Assembly: GCA_049969855.1 (NCBI GenBank)
Contig: JBMFOB010000005.1
Location: 1 to 64,000, forward strand
Direction of reading: 5' to 3'
Length of the DNA: 64,000 nt
DNA from: Candidatus Bathyarchaeia archaeon
GTDB taxonomy: Archaea > Thermoproteota > Bathyarchaeia > Bathyarchaeales > Bathycorpusculaceae
In this document: one piece after another, positions 46,374 through 55,827 of the stretch
Layout: each line of letters opens with the position of its first letter
Position numbering within the stretch: position 1 is the first letter of the stretch
The notes under the pieces: model-generated
Seen by the model: only the letters and a program-made list of their open reading frames with translations
Databases searched by the model: none
What the model was told of the DNA's origin: nothing
Translations under genes and position numbers: made by a program

Positions 46374-47999
46374 TTAACCATGCGCTTTCACCCTCTTACG
46401 AAGGTTTAAGATGATGCCTCGGAGTTCTTGGCAAAGCCTCTGCGGACCCAAACCCCAACTTCTCTCAACCATTGGGCTTGGCAAAACATTCTGAATCATG
46501 CCAACGGCTTCATCAACCGAAATCATAGCTTTAGAATTCTTTACAAAACCTTCAGCAACTTTACCAGCATCCTCGGCTTTTATAGCAAACTCTTTTTCAA
46601 GCCTTTCAACGCGGTTCGTTAAAGCATTAAGGGCATCCTCAATTTCTCCCAAAACGTCTTCCATATTTGCTATGAGCTCATCCATTGTTGGCTCCAAAGA
46701 AAACGCAAAATCTGCATTGGCTGTTTTGTCTTCGCCTTCCTGTTCCAGAAGCTTCTCTTCTTCAGCTGAAGCGCCTACACCAAGTTTCTTTTTGTGAGTT
46801 GCTAAATGCTTCATGGCTTGCTGCTTATAAGCGGCGGGAATTTCGCTTTGAGGCAACCGTGCGTTAGCGTTTCTTAGGTGGGGCAAGTCGACGGTGCCGT
46901 CTGCATTGTGATGCGGAAACTTTCTGATGACTTTGCCGTTTTCTTTGTAAACTATGGCGAAGGCTGAGTCTGGAAGCGCATTAACGTATTTGCGAGTCCA
47001 AACACGCTCAAAAAATCTTTTACCACCCATTTTTCCACGCTCTTTCAGCGGCGTCTGCAAAGGCGCAGAAGCACCTGCTGGAGCCATATAATGCGGATGG
47101 AGAAGAAGCCAGTCGCGAATCTTGCCCTCATCCCACATCTTCTCTTTAGCAAAAAATATGCTCTGAACCCTCTGAGTTTCAGGCTCAGCCCGTAATCTTC
47201 CAATAAGGGCTAAAACACCGTTTTCCTTGTCAAGCCAAACAGTGCTGAAATGTTCAGGCATAAAGGCTGAAAAATCCTGACAGAAGCCAAGGATATATTC
47301 ACCAGAAATTATGGGTTCAAACTCCTGCTCCTTAACGATTAATCTTTCTAAAATTTGAATGTTAGTTTCTGGAACGCCCGGCACAGCCACAAGGCTTAGT
47401 TCTGCATCATGTAAGCCGTGCGGAATCTTTCCATCAACAACATCGATTGTTTCATAGTCCGCTCCGACGCTTACGTGTCCAATTAAGCCTTTTCTTATTT
47501 TCTCAGCTATTTCATCATCATAAATTTCAGCTTCATACCAAAGATTAGTGCCATCCCATTCGGCTTTAACTATTTTTCCAACAGCGTTAGGCACAGCCAC
47601 ATGCTCAACATAAACTGGTGCGGAAACAAGCTTCTGGGCGAAGGCTTGCAGTTCTTCAAGCGTGTAAATGTTAAAGTTTCTGCTCATGCCAGCCCTAAGC
47701 GCAATGCCGCGAATTTTTAAGGGTTTGTCGACGATTTTCTCTAAAACCTTGATGGGTAAAGATGCTTCGTTTTTCCGATGTTTTTCAAACCATGCCTTAG
47801 CCTTTTCAATGGTCCAGCCCTTAGAAATTTCAAACAAGTAACTTTGAACATTCATTTTATCTTTGCCCTTTGGTTTGCCGACAACAGCCTTAATCCCCTC
47901 ACTCTCGTTCAGCGTTATCGTGCGTAAACTGTTCGGCTCGAACTCCTCTGGGCTGCGATGCCCACTGCGGATGTATTGATCAGTTATTTCCCAAGGCAA
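46374..47999 (-). CDS. Multidomain prohead protease/scaffold
   Basis: SRNFNIY, PVYVEH, GHVSVG and ELSLVAVPG protease core; acidic coiled-coil tail; TTG start at 47999. Confidence 0.82.
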   Translation of the reverse strand: MPWEITDQYIRSGHRSPEEFEPNSLRTITLNESEGIKAVVGKPKGKDKMNVQSYLFEISKGWTIEKAKAWFEKHRKNEASLPIKVLEKIVDKPLKIRGIALRAGMSRNFNIYTLEELQAFAQKLVSAPVYVEHVAVPNAVGKIVKAEWDGTNLWYEAEIYDDEIAEKIRKGLIGHVSVGADYETIDVVDGKIPHGLHDAELSLVAVPGVPETNIQILERLIVKEQEFEPIISGEYILGFCQDFSAFMPEHFSTVWLDKENGVLALIGRLRAEPETQRVQSIFFAKEKMWDEGKIRDWLLLHPHYMAPAGASAPLQTPLKERGKMGGKRFFERVWTRKYVNALPDSAFAIVYKENGKVIRKFPHHNADGTVDLPHLRNANARLPQSEIPAAYKQQAMKHLATHKKKLGVGASAEEEKLLEQEGEDKTANADFAFSLEPTMDELIANMEDVLGEIEDALNALTNRVERLEKEFAIKAEDAGKVAEGFVKNSKAMISVDEAVGMIQNVLPSPMVERSWGLGPQRLCQELRGIILNLRKRVKAHG

Positions 48000-48115
48000 G
48001 CTTAACCGCCTCACACAACTAACACCAAACTAATATACGAAGAAAATGAAAAGGCGAATTGTACAACCCAAAAGCCCACATAAGCACCAACAAGAGGGGC
48101 TAAGGGAGTGGTTGA

Positions 48116-48304
48116 ATGCCTAGAAAATGCATAGTGAAAGTTGTTCTAAGCAAGGAGCAGAAGGAAATCTTAAGCGAACTTGCGAGGAGACTTGGAACAA
48201 GCGAAAGCGAAACATTACGGATGGCTTTGATGGATTACGCAAAAGAACTTAGCCTCATAAGGGAAAGGGTGCACAGGTTGGGCAACCAATTAAAAATTGT
48301 CTAA
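48116..48304 (+). CDS. CopG/RHH regulator divergent from the virion operon
   Basis: VKVVLSKEQKEILSELARRLGTSESETLRMAL. Confidence 0.8.
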   Translation: MPRKCIVKVVLSKEQKEILSELARRLGTSESETLRMALMDYAKELSLIRERVHRLGNQLKIV

Positions 48305-48427
48305 TTCCAATTTTGACTCGGATTTAAACTCCAAATCAGCAAAATCAATAATTAAATTTAAAAATTCAAAAACCATTTATTATCAGAACAAGCTTAATCT
48401 GCGAATATTCTCAGAGGAGCCCTAACA

Positions 48428-48760
48428 TTGAAGAGAAAAAAGGAAGCCTTCGAAACACTTTTACTCGAAGCTGTAGATGAAGCCTTGGCTTCCCTTGGAG
48501 ACTCAGCAAGGCAAGCAATTTATTATCACCTTGAAGACAAGTTTAAAATAACAAAAAATGAAATTCCATACCGCCTCCAAGATTTTGCCGATGGACTTGA
48601 GAAGATTTTTGGTTTGGGAGCCCGCTTCATAGAAATTATCATAATGAAAAAAGTGTATGAAAAGATTGGGCAACCTCTCGAATGGGACGAAAGCAAGGAG
48701 CTTGTGTTTTCTGAATATGTGACGGCAGCTAAACAAAGCTTTCAGAAAAGGAAGGCTTAG
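48428..48760 (+). CDS. DUF3227/NitrOD5-like protein
   Basis: LLEAVDEALASLG...IYYHLE...FADGLEKIFGLGA. Confidence 0.75.
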   Translation: MKRKKEAFETLLLEAVDEALASLGDSARQAIYYHLEDKFKITKNEIPYRLQDFADGLEKIFGLGARFIEIIIMKKVYEKIGQPLEWDESKELVFSEYVTAAKQSFQKRKA

Positions 48761-48869
48761 GCAACAAAACTGCGGGTTTCGCAATTCAGATTCAGAGTTC
48801 ACAAATAATTTATCAAAGCATCATGAATCTCTTCTTAAAACCACGCTTATTCCCTCGAGGGAAAACCCT

Positions 48870-49190
48870 TTGACTCAAAATGACTTTAGCAAAATTCTCT
48901 TATCAGCGGTTGAAGAAAGCCTATCTTCCCTTGGAGATTCTCCCAAACAAGCCATACTTTTCCACTTAGAAGCTTCCTTCAACCTAAAAAAGGAAAAAAT
49001 TCCAACAAATCTGACAGAATTTGCAAAAGCCTTGGAAGGAATTTTTGGACCAGGAGCCTCATACCTTGAAAAGCTTATTGTGAAACGCCTTTACGAAAAG
49101 CTTGGCTTAAAATTTGAAGAAAATGCTGGCTTAGATTTTCTACAATGCGTTGACAGCGTGAAGAAAAGAATACTGCTTGAAGGAGAATGA
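48870..49190 (+). CDS. DUF3227/NitrOD5-like protein (paralogue)
   Basis: LLSAVEESLSSLG...ILFHLE...FAKALEGIFGPGA. Confidence 0.75.
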   Translation: MTQNDFSKILLSAVEESLSSLGDSPKQAILFHLEASFNLKKEKIPTNLTEFAKALEGIFGPGASYLEKLIVKRLYEKLGLKFEENAGLDFLQCVDSVKKRILLEGE

Positions 49191-52100
49191 GCGAAGCAAT
49201 GAATAAGGACGCTGCAGAAAAGCTTAGACATGTTCTGGAAAGCTTGAGCGCACTAAGCGACGGAATAGAGGAGCCAGTCTACGTCATAGACCCAGACAAG
49301 TATAAAGTGCTTTTTGCCAACAGAAAGGCTAAAGAGATTTTCGGCGAAGACCTCACAAGAAAAAAATGTTATGCAGTTTTCGAAAACTTAAACCATCCAT
49401 GTCCCTCATGCAATAACAAGTATGTTCTCGGAGAAAACATTGGAAAAACCCATACCAGCGAATACCAAGATAAAAAGACAAAACGCTGGTACAAAGTAAC
49501 ATGCAAAGCCATAAAGTGGCTTGAAAACAAGCATGTAAAGTATGGAATAGCCATAGACATCACTGAACAAAAGAAAATGGAAGAAGCCATAAAAAGCAGC
49601 GAGGAACTTTTTCGCTCTATTGTCGAAAACTCCCACAACGTCATACTGCTTATAGATGAAAACTTTAAGATAACCTACGCCAACAACGAAGCTGTCTCCC
49701 TAAGCGGTTATCAAAAAGAGGAAATCATTGGACAAGACTTCAGAAAATTCCTCGACGAAGAAAGCAGAGCCATAGTTGAAGAAAGATACTTGCGAAGACA
49801 AAAAGGAGAACCCATCCCTCCAAGATACGAGTTTAAAATAGTTCGAAAGGACGGCGAGAAAAGAGACGTTGAGCTTAAAGCAACAATCACACAAGACAAA
49901 TTTGGCAAAGTACATAGCATAGCCCAACTGCTTGACATAACAGAACGGAAGAAAATAGAAACTGAAAGAAAACGCTTCGAAGAAAGACTTTCAACGCTTA
50001 ACAAGTACGGACAAAGCTTGAACATGGCAAAAAACATGGATGAAATTTACAAACTAACATTGGACGCCATGGAAAAGACTTTGGGATTCGAATTCGCCGA
50101 CATCTTCATAATAGAAGGAAAAATGCTTTGCCTAAAAGCCCACAGGGGATACTCAAAAGACTTATCGGTCAAACTGCCCTTGGATGGAGACAGAGGCGTA
50201 ACCGTTAAGGCAGCAAGAACCAAAAAATCAATTTTCATTCCAGACGTAAGCAAAGAAAAGGCTTTTGTTGGAGGCGAAGGCGCAGAAGATGTACGCTCAG
50301 AACTTGCCGTACCAATAAAAGTTGGAAACAAAGTCTTAGGAGTTTTGAACGTTGAAAGCAAAAAGCTCTCAGCCTTCGACATGGAAGATAGGAGACTGTT
50401 GGAGATTCTTGCTTCTCACGCTGCAATAGCCATAAGCAACCTAAAGAGGCAAGAGAGACTTTCAGCGTTAAATGATTATGGCAGAAACCTAAACATGGCA
50501 AAATGCATGGAAGAAATTTACCAGCTAACATTGGACGCTATGAAAAAAACCTTAGGATTCGAATACGCATCCATCCTCATGATAAAGGGAAAAACACTCT
50601 GCATGGTAGCTTACAAAGGATACTCAAAAATTCCATCACTCAAATTGCGCTTAGACGGAAAAAAGGGAATAACCGTTAGGGTTGCAAGAACAAGACATTC
50701 AGTCATCGTCCGAGACGTCACAAAAGAAAAAGCATACGTTAAAGGCGGAGAGGGCATACGCTCCGAACTTGCAGTGCCAATAAAAGTGGGAAATAACGTT
50801 ATAGGCGTCTTAAATGTTGAAAGCAAAAAAATTGCAGCCTTCGACGAAGAAGACAAGAAATTATTAGAAACATTGGCTTCCCATGCAGCCACAGCCATAA
50901 GCAATCTGAAAAGACGAGAAAAACTGAAAACACTCTCAGAAAAGATAACAAACCTAATGAAAAGCTCAACCGAAATCATGCATGTAAAAGATACACATCA
51001 AAGACTGAAAGTAATAGCAAAAGCCATACAAAACTTCGGCTGGCGAAGAGTTGTAATAGGCCGCGTAGACGAAAACCTCGAAAGAAAAGAACTCATCACA
51101 GTAGGCCTAACAAGAGAGGAAATTAAACTCCTAAAGGAGAGAAGGGCTCCAGGAGACGTCTGGAAGGAACGTCTGGGACCAAAGTTTGAGAAGTACAAGA
51201 TTGGCGAATTCTACTACATACCTTGGATGGATCCGTGGGCTAGGGAACACTTCTTCCATGTCCCACCAGATATGCCAACAGAAGAGGCAATAAAGCACAT
51301 GAATGCCGTCCCAAGCCGCCTTTCCGAAGAGAACATGGTGGACTGGCACCCGCAGGATATGCTTTATGCGCCGCTCCGCACTCCAGAAGGGAGAATTGTG
51401 GGCATCCTAAGCATGGACGACCCAGTGGATGGACGAAAACCAACAAAGGAATCCCTTATTCCATTAGAGCTTTTCTTGCACCAAGCCGCAATAACCATTG
51501 AAAACGCCCAGCTTATTGAAGGTTTAAGAGAGGCAAGGAAAAAGCTTGAAGACTACGCCGAGCAACTTGAACAGAAAGTTGAAGAGAGAACAGCTGAACT
51601 GAAGAAATCCCAAGAACAGCTTCTCAAAGCTCAAAGGCTGGCGGTTATAGGCGAATTAGCTGGGATGGTTGGACATGACCTCCGCAATCCATTAACAAGC
51701 ATTGCCGGAGCACAATATTACTTGAAAAAGCGTTTGAATTTAGAGGCTAACCATAAAATTAGGGATATGCTTGACCTCATAGAAAGAAACATTGCCTACT
51801 CAAACAAGATAATAAATGACCTTTTGGACTACTCGAGAGAGATAGAACTTGAAATTTCTGAAAAAACTCCAAAATCCATAGTGAAAGAAGCCTTAGAACT
51901 TGTGGAGATTCCAAAAAATGTCAAGGTTTTAGATTTAACAAAGAACAAACCAAAAGTAAGGGTTGACGTCGAAAAAATAAGAAGAGTCTTTGTAAACTTG
52001 ATTAAAAACGCAGTTGAAGCCATGCCAAAAGGCGGCGAAATAACAATAAAAAGCACAAAAACAGGCGAGAATTTGGAGATGATTTTCTCAGACACAGGCG

Positions 52101-52357
52101 TTGGCATGTCAAAAGAAACAATGAAAAGGCTTTGGACACCCCTCTTCACAACAAAAGCGAAGGGAATGGGCTTCGGCTTAGCCATCTGCAAACGCTTTGT
52201 GGAAGCTCACGGCGGCTCCATTTCAGTAAAAAGCGTCCTTGGAAAGGGCACAACCTTCACGGTCACAATTCCAATCCAACCGAAAATAAAAGAAGGAGGT
52301 GAAAAAATATGGATGAAACCGCTAGAATCCTCATTGTTGACGACGACGAAAACATAA
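49187..52357 (+). CDS. PAS-PAS-GAF-GAF-GAF sensor histidine kinase
   Basis: H-box GHDLRNPL, NLIKNA, DTGVG and TTKAKGMGFGL; DITE PAS ends; SELAVP GAF motifs. Confidence 0.95.
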   Translation: MSEAMNKDAAEKLRHVLESLSALSDGIEEPVYVIDPDKYKVLFANRKAKEIFGEDLTRKKCYAVFENLNHPCPSCNNKYVLGENIGKTHTSEYQDKKTKRWYKVTCKAIKWLENKHVKYGIAIDITEQKKMEEAIKSSEELFRSIVENSHNVILLIDENFKITYANNEAVSLSGYQKEEIIGQDFRKFLDEESRAIVEERYLRRQKGEPIPPRYEFKIVRKDGEKRDVELKATITQDKFGKVHSIAQLLDITERKKIETERKRFEERLSTLNKYGQSLNMAKNMDEIYKLTLDAMEKTLGFEFADIFIIEGKMLCLKAHRGYSKDLSVKLPLDGDRGVTVKAARTKKSIFIPDVSKEKAFVGGEGAEDVRSELAVPIKVGNKVLGVLNVESKKLSAFDMEDRRLLEILASHAAIAISNLKRQERLSALNDYGRNLNMAKCMEEIYQLTLDAMKKTLGFEYASILMIKGKTLCMVAYKGYSKIPSLKLRLDGKKGITVRVARTRHSVIVRDVTKEKAYVKGGEGIRSELAVPIKVGNNVIGVLNVESKKIAAFDEEDKKLLETLASHAATAISNLKRREKLKTLSEKITNLMKSSTEIMHVKDTHQRLKVIAKAIQNFGWRRVVIGRVDENLERKELITVGLTREEIKLLKERRAPGDVWKERLGPKFEKYKIGEFYYIPWMDPWAREHFFHVPPDMPTEEAIKHMNAVPSRLSEENMVDWHPQDMLYAPLRTPEGRIVGILSMDDPVDGRKPTKESLIPLELFLHQAAITIENAQLIEGLREARKKLEDYAEQLEQKVEERTAELKKSQEQLLKAQRLAVIGELAGMVGHDLRNPLTSIAGAQYYLKKRLNLEANHKIRDMLDLIERNIAYSNKIINDLLDYSREIELEISEKTPKSIVKEALELVEIPKNVKVLDLTKNKPKVRVDVEKIRRVFVNLIKNAVEAMPKGGEITIKSTKTGENLEMIFSDTGVGMSKETMKRLWTPLFTTKAKGMGFGLAICKRFVEAHGGSISVKSVLGKGTTFTVTIPIQPKIKEGGEKIWMKPLESSLLTTTKT
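49981..50922 (+). repeat. Tandem GAF-domain duplication (~471-nt period)
   Basis: ERLSTLNKYG...SELAVPIKVGNKVLGVLNVESKK versus ERLSALNDYG...SELAVPIKVGNNVIGVLNVESKK, similar at DNA level. Confidence 0.85.
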
Positions 52358-52779
52358 GAAAAGTGTTGACAACAATCCTTGAAGAAGAGGGATATCAGAT
52401 TGATTCAGCAGAAACAGCGAAAAAAGCCATAGAAAAGACGAGGAAAAATTTTTACAACATAGCCCTAATAGACATTAGGCTTCCAGACATGGAGGGCATA
52501 GAGCTTCTAACAAAAATGAAGGACACAACGCCGAAAATACGAAAAGTAATCATCACTGGTTATCCAACACTTCAGAACGCCATAGAAGCCGTAAACAGAG
52601 GAGCAGACGCCTATATCGTAAAGCCCTTTGACATGGACAAAGTTCTAGAAACAATCAGAGAACAGCTCAAAAAACAAGAAGAGGAAAAGAAGTATAACCA
52701 AGAGAAAGTCGCCGAGTTCATTGAAACCAGAGTACGGGAACTAGAGGTGGGAAAGGGAGCTCCAGAGAAAAGCCACTAA
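52309..52779 (+). CDS. Response regulator (receiver domain)
   Basis: LIVDDD, LIDIRLP, IITG and KPF. Confidence 0.95.
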   Translation: MDETARILIVDDDENIRKVLTTILEEEGYQIDSAETAKKAIEKTRKNFYNIALIDIRLPDMEGIELLTKMKDTTPKIRKVIITGYPTLQNAIEAVNRGADAYIVKPFDMDKVLETIREQLKKQEEEKKYNQEKVAEFIETRVRELEVGKGAPEKSH

Positions 52780-52839
52780 TTTTTCGCTAAATTTTCACGA
52801 TTTTCCGTTTACTCTTTTAATTAATTTTCATTTTGCTTT

Positions 52840-53733
52840 TTACTGTTTAGCCAATTTTTTGTGCATAAATGTCCAGTGATGCCCAACCTTGAAGCCTAAT
52901 CTTTGTAGAAGGGTTATTGATGGAATGTTTCCTTCTGAAGTATAAAGCGCCACTGAATCCATTCCTTTTTCATGGAGAAAGTTCATAGCTCGGCATGTGA
53001 GAGCGGATGCAAGATTTTTCCCTCTATGTTCTGGAAGGGTGGCTGCTGGACCCAAATAGCCTCTTTTGCCATTAAAGAATTTGTTGTATTCCGCATCCAG
53101 TCTGGAAACCACGACTGAAACAATCTTATTGTCAAATTCTGCAACGTGAATCCACTCCTCATTGAAGGGGGGAAATTCGCTTTTCCATCTTGCAATACTG
53201 CCCATGGTGACTCTTTCATGACCAAATCCAGCATTCACAGTCTCCACAAACTTTTCCTCCTCATCTGGTTTTAAACTTCGGAGAATTGTGCCCTCTGGAA
53301 TTTTTGGAAGAGGCTTTAAGCCTTCAAGCCTAGCAATCATGTGGTATAAGCCGCCCTCAGCCTTATAGCCCCTCTCAACCCACTCTTTAATTTCTTGGCT
53401 TTCAGCATCAACAGCCGTGAAAACTGCTTCGCTTTTAACTTGTTTTTCAACTTCGCTCACTAAAGCGTCTTTTACAAGTTTTTGTTTTGGAATTTTAGAA
53501 ACAGCAAGCCATTCCATTTCTTCTCCCCAATGTCCCTCATGGTAGGCTGCGGAACCCAAAACCTCACCGTTCTCTTCAGCCACCAAAACCTTTAGATTAT
53601 CCTCTTTAATTTGGGAAAGGAGCCCATCCACAGTGTAAGGGACAAACTCGTATGAATCTGCATATTTTTCATTAAGTAGTTTAACGAGAATTGACAAGTC
53701 TTTGCCATCAAAACACCGAATTCGAATAACCAT
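52840..53733 (-). CDS. Tandem GNAT acetyltransferase
   Basis: ATLPEHRGKNLASAL and N..SITLLQRLGF. Confidence 0.85.
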   Translation of the reverse strand: MVIRIRCFDGKDLSILVKLLNEKYADSYEFVPYTVDGLLSQIKEDNLKVLVAEENGEVLGSAAYHEGHWGEEMEWLAVSKIPKQKLVKDALVSEVEKQVKSEAVFTAVDAESQEIKEWVERGYKAEGGLYHMIARLEGLKPLPKIPEGTILRSLKPDEEEKFVETVNAGFGHERVTMGSIARWKSEFPPFNEEWIHVAEFDNKIVSVVVSRLDAEYNKFFNGKRGYLGPAATLPEHRGKNLASALTCRAMNFLHEKGMDSVALYTSEGNIPSITLLQRLGFKVGHHWTFMHKKLAKQ

Positions 53734-53853
53734 TATGCTTTCCGTTTTTAATGAAGCAATTGAGTTACAATAAATGTTTACGGTGAAAACTCCCCATTTT
53801 AAAGCAAGAAAACTTTAACCGTAGATGCGCTTACTTCAGAATGGTGCAGTTTT

Positions 53854-54369
53854 ATGAAGTGGGTGACTCGTGAATTTGTTCACGTTGACAGAACAGCATG
53901 TCCATGGCTCATCAAAAAATTCGTTGACTCAGAAGCCGAATTCATTTTTGTGCCAACGGAGAAAATTGCAGAAATTGTAGAGAAGGAGGGGGCAATACCC
54001 TTCGATGCTCCTGGGGTTAAACTGGGGCATAGAAACGGAAAGTGCAGTTTCGAAACCATAATAGAAGAATACAACATTAGCGACCCAGTACTTCATGAAC
54101 TTGCAAAAATTGTCCATGCCGCGGACACGCATGACGTGCAAGGGGCTGTTGAGGGTTTTGGGTTAAGCGCCATAATGACTGGCGCAAGATTCAATGTGGA
54201 GGATGATTTTGAGGCTGTTAAGAAGGCTGAGTATGTTTATGATGCGCTTTACTGCTATTGTAAGTTTAAGCTGCTCCGTGAAAAGTATAGGGATGAATTG
54301 GCGAAAATGAATCAAAGACAACAAAATGAATTTTTAAGAAAGAAAATGCGTGAAGAGACAAGAATTTAG
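53854..54369 (+). CDS. Chromate resistance protein ChrB-like (C-terminal domain)
   Basis: KWVTR..HVDRTACPWLI, AIPFD and CSFE. Confidence 0.85.
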   Translation: MKWVTREFVHVDRTACPWLIKKFVDSEAEFIFVPTEKIAEIVEKEGAIPFDAPGVKLGHRNGKCSFETIIEEYNISDPVLHELAKIVHAADTHDVQGAVEGFGLSAIMTGARFNVEDDFEAVKKAEYVYDALYCYCKFKLLREKYRDELAKMNQRQQNEFLRKKMREETRI

Positions 54370-55572
54370 TTGGCTTGTCTAATGGATTCCCATATGAAAA
54401 ATAGTGTTTTCTGGACAATTTGCATAATGGGTGCGCTTGCAATATTAAGCTCCACAATGTCGAAGAACCCAGTTTTAAAACCCTTCGCCTCAAGCCTAGG
54501 AACCCCGGCGGAATGGAGCGGTGTTGTAGGTGCAGCCTCAACGATTCCTGGGATATTGGTTAGTTTGCCTGCTGCTTCCCTTTCAGACGTTTTTGGAAGG
54601 AAAAAGTTCTTGTTTATGGCTGGTTTTGTTTTTGCTTCTGCGCCATTCCTTTACATTTTTATTGTTGAGTGGTGGCAACTAATAATAGTCCGCTTCTATC
54701 ATGGATTTGCCACAGCAATTTTTGTTCCAGTGGCAGAGGCCTCAATAGCTGAAGCCTTTCCAACAAAACGTGGAGAAAGAATTTCGCTTTTCTCTTCTTC
54801 AACATATGTTGGAAGGGGAATAGCGCCCATTTTGGGGGCAACAATCCTCACCGTGACAAACAGCAACTTTCACGTGCTTTACTTGGCTGTTGGCGTTTTT
54901 GGCTTAACAGCCCTAATCACCGCCTTGCCCTTTCTTTTTAAAAGTAGAGAGCCCACCAGTACGCAGCATGGAAAAAAGGAAGACGCCATCCCAAAAATGT
55001 TTCAAGGCTGGCGAATAACAATCAGAAATCGTGCGGTTTTAACAGTCTGCCTAGTTCAAGCTTGTCAATATTATGTTTACGGCGCTTTTGAATTTTATAT
55101 TTCTGGCTATTTGAAGGAGTTCATAGGTTTTGACTGGCTCTTAACTGCCGTAATCACAGCAAGCCTCATAGCGGTTCCAATTTTTGCCAAACCATACATG
55201 GGCAGAATGTCAGACAAGATTGGGAGGCGAATTCCAATAGTGGTTGGCTGCATAATCAGCGGATTTCCACTTTTGGCTGTTCCATTTTTCCACGAATTCG
55301 CGATTCTCCTTCTGCTTTCGGTTGCCTATGGAATTGGCTTCGCAACAGTAACGGCAGCCACGCCAGCATTAATCAGCGAGCTTACGCCTAAGGAGTTTGT
55401 TGGAACAGCCATGGGTTTTCTTGACATGATAATGGATGTTGGGCAAACAATTGGACCAATAATTAGTGGATTAATATTTGCAACAAGCCTCCAATACACT
55501 GGCGTCTTTCCATCTTTGACTCTTGTGCTGCTATTTTCATGTGCAGTTTTTATCCTTTCAAAGCAAGCATGA
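54370..55572 (+). CDS. MFS transporter
   Basis: LSDVFGRK and MSDKIGRR motif A; about 12 TM helices. Confidence 0.92.
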   Translation: MACLMDSHMKNSVFWTICIMGALAILSSTMSKNPVLKPFASSLGTPAEWSGVVGAASTIPGILVSLPAASLSDVFGRKKFLFMAGFVFASAPFLYIFIVEWWQLIIVRFYHGFATAIFVPVAEASIAEAFPTKRGERISLFSSSTYVGRGIAPILGATILTVTNSNFHVLYLAVGVFGLTALITALPFLFKSREPTSTQHGKKEDAIPKMFQGWRITIRNRAVLTVCLVQACQYYVYGAFEFYISGYLKEFIGFDWLLTAVITASLIAVPIFAKPYMGRMSDKIGRRIPIVVGCIISGFPLLAVPFFHEFAILLLLSVAYGIGFATVTAATPALISELTPKEFVGTAMGFLDMIMDVGQTIGPIISGLIFATSLQYTGVFPSLTLVLLFSCAVFILSKQA

Positions 55573-55760
55573 GAAAACAGTTTTAACTTTATGGAAAATT
55601 TTAAACACGTCAGCTATAGCCAAAAAATGAGACTGTTTCCGCCAAAAACCCCTATTTTGCCATTCTCCGTTTTCCTTAATCATGCTTAATAAAAGCATGT
55701 TTTCCATAAAGGTTTAGTCCATTATTGCAACATTGTTGTGGAAAGCGCTTAAATAAACAA

Positions 55761-55809
55761 ACTCTACATTTAGTGTCTACTTTAGTTATAAAAACACTAA
55801 AATTTGAAG
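55761..55809 (+). promoter_or_regulatory. Tandem NrdR boxes downstream of a TATA-like element
   Basis: actctacatttagtgt (55761-55776) and acactaaaatttgaag (55794-55809) resemble acaCwAtATaTwGtgt; ttaaataa at 55749-55756. Confidence 0.7.
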
Positions 55810-55827
55810 CAATCGAATGTGAATTCC

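Larger units (their letters stand above)
25330..48304 (-). mobile_element. Head-tail virion-like gene cluster without visible integrase or replication genes (GTA-like domesticated element or defective provirus)
   Basis: Co-oriented TerL, portal, protease, HK97 MCP, neck, tail tube, chaperone, TMP and hub genes; no att repeat or integrase seen. Confidence 0.85.

Noticed and set aside
22358-48430. tRNA-anchored attL/attR for an integrated provirus
   Set aside because: By eye, no copy of any tRNA 3' end occurs near 48.0-48.4 kb and no integrase is present; mscL and other host genes separate the tRNAs from the cluster.
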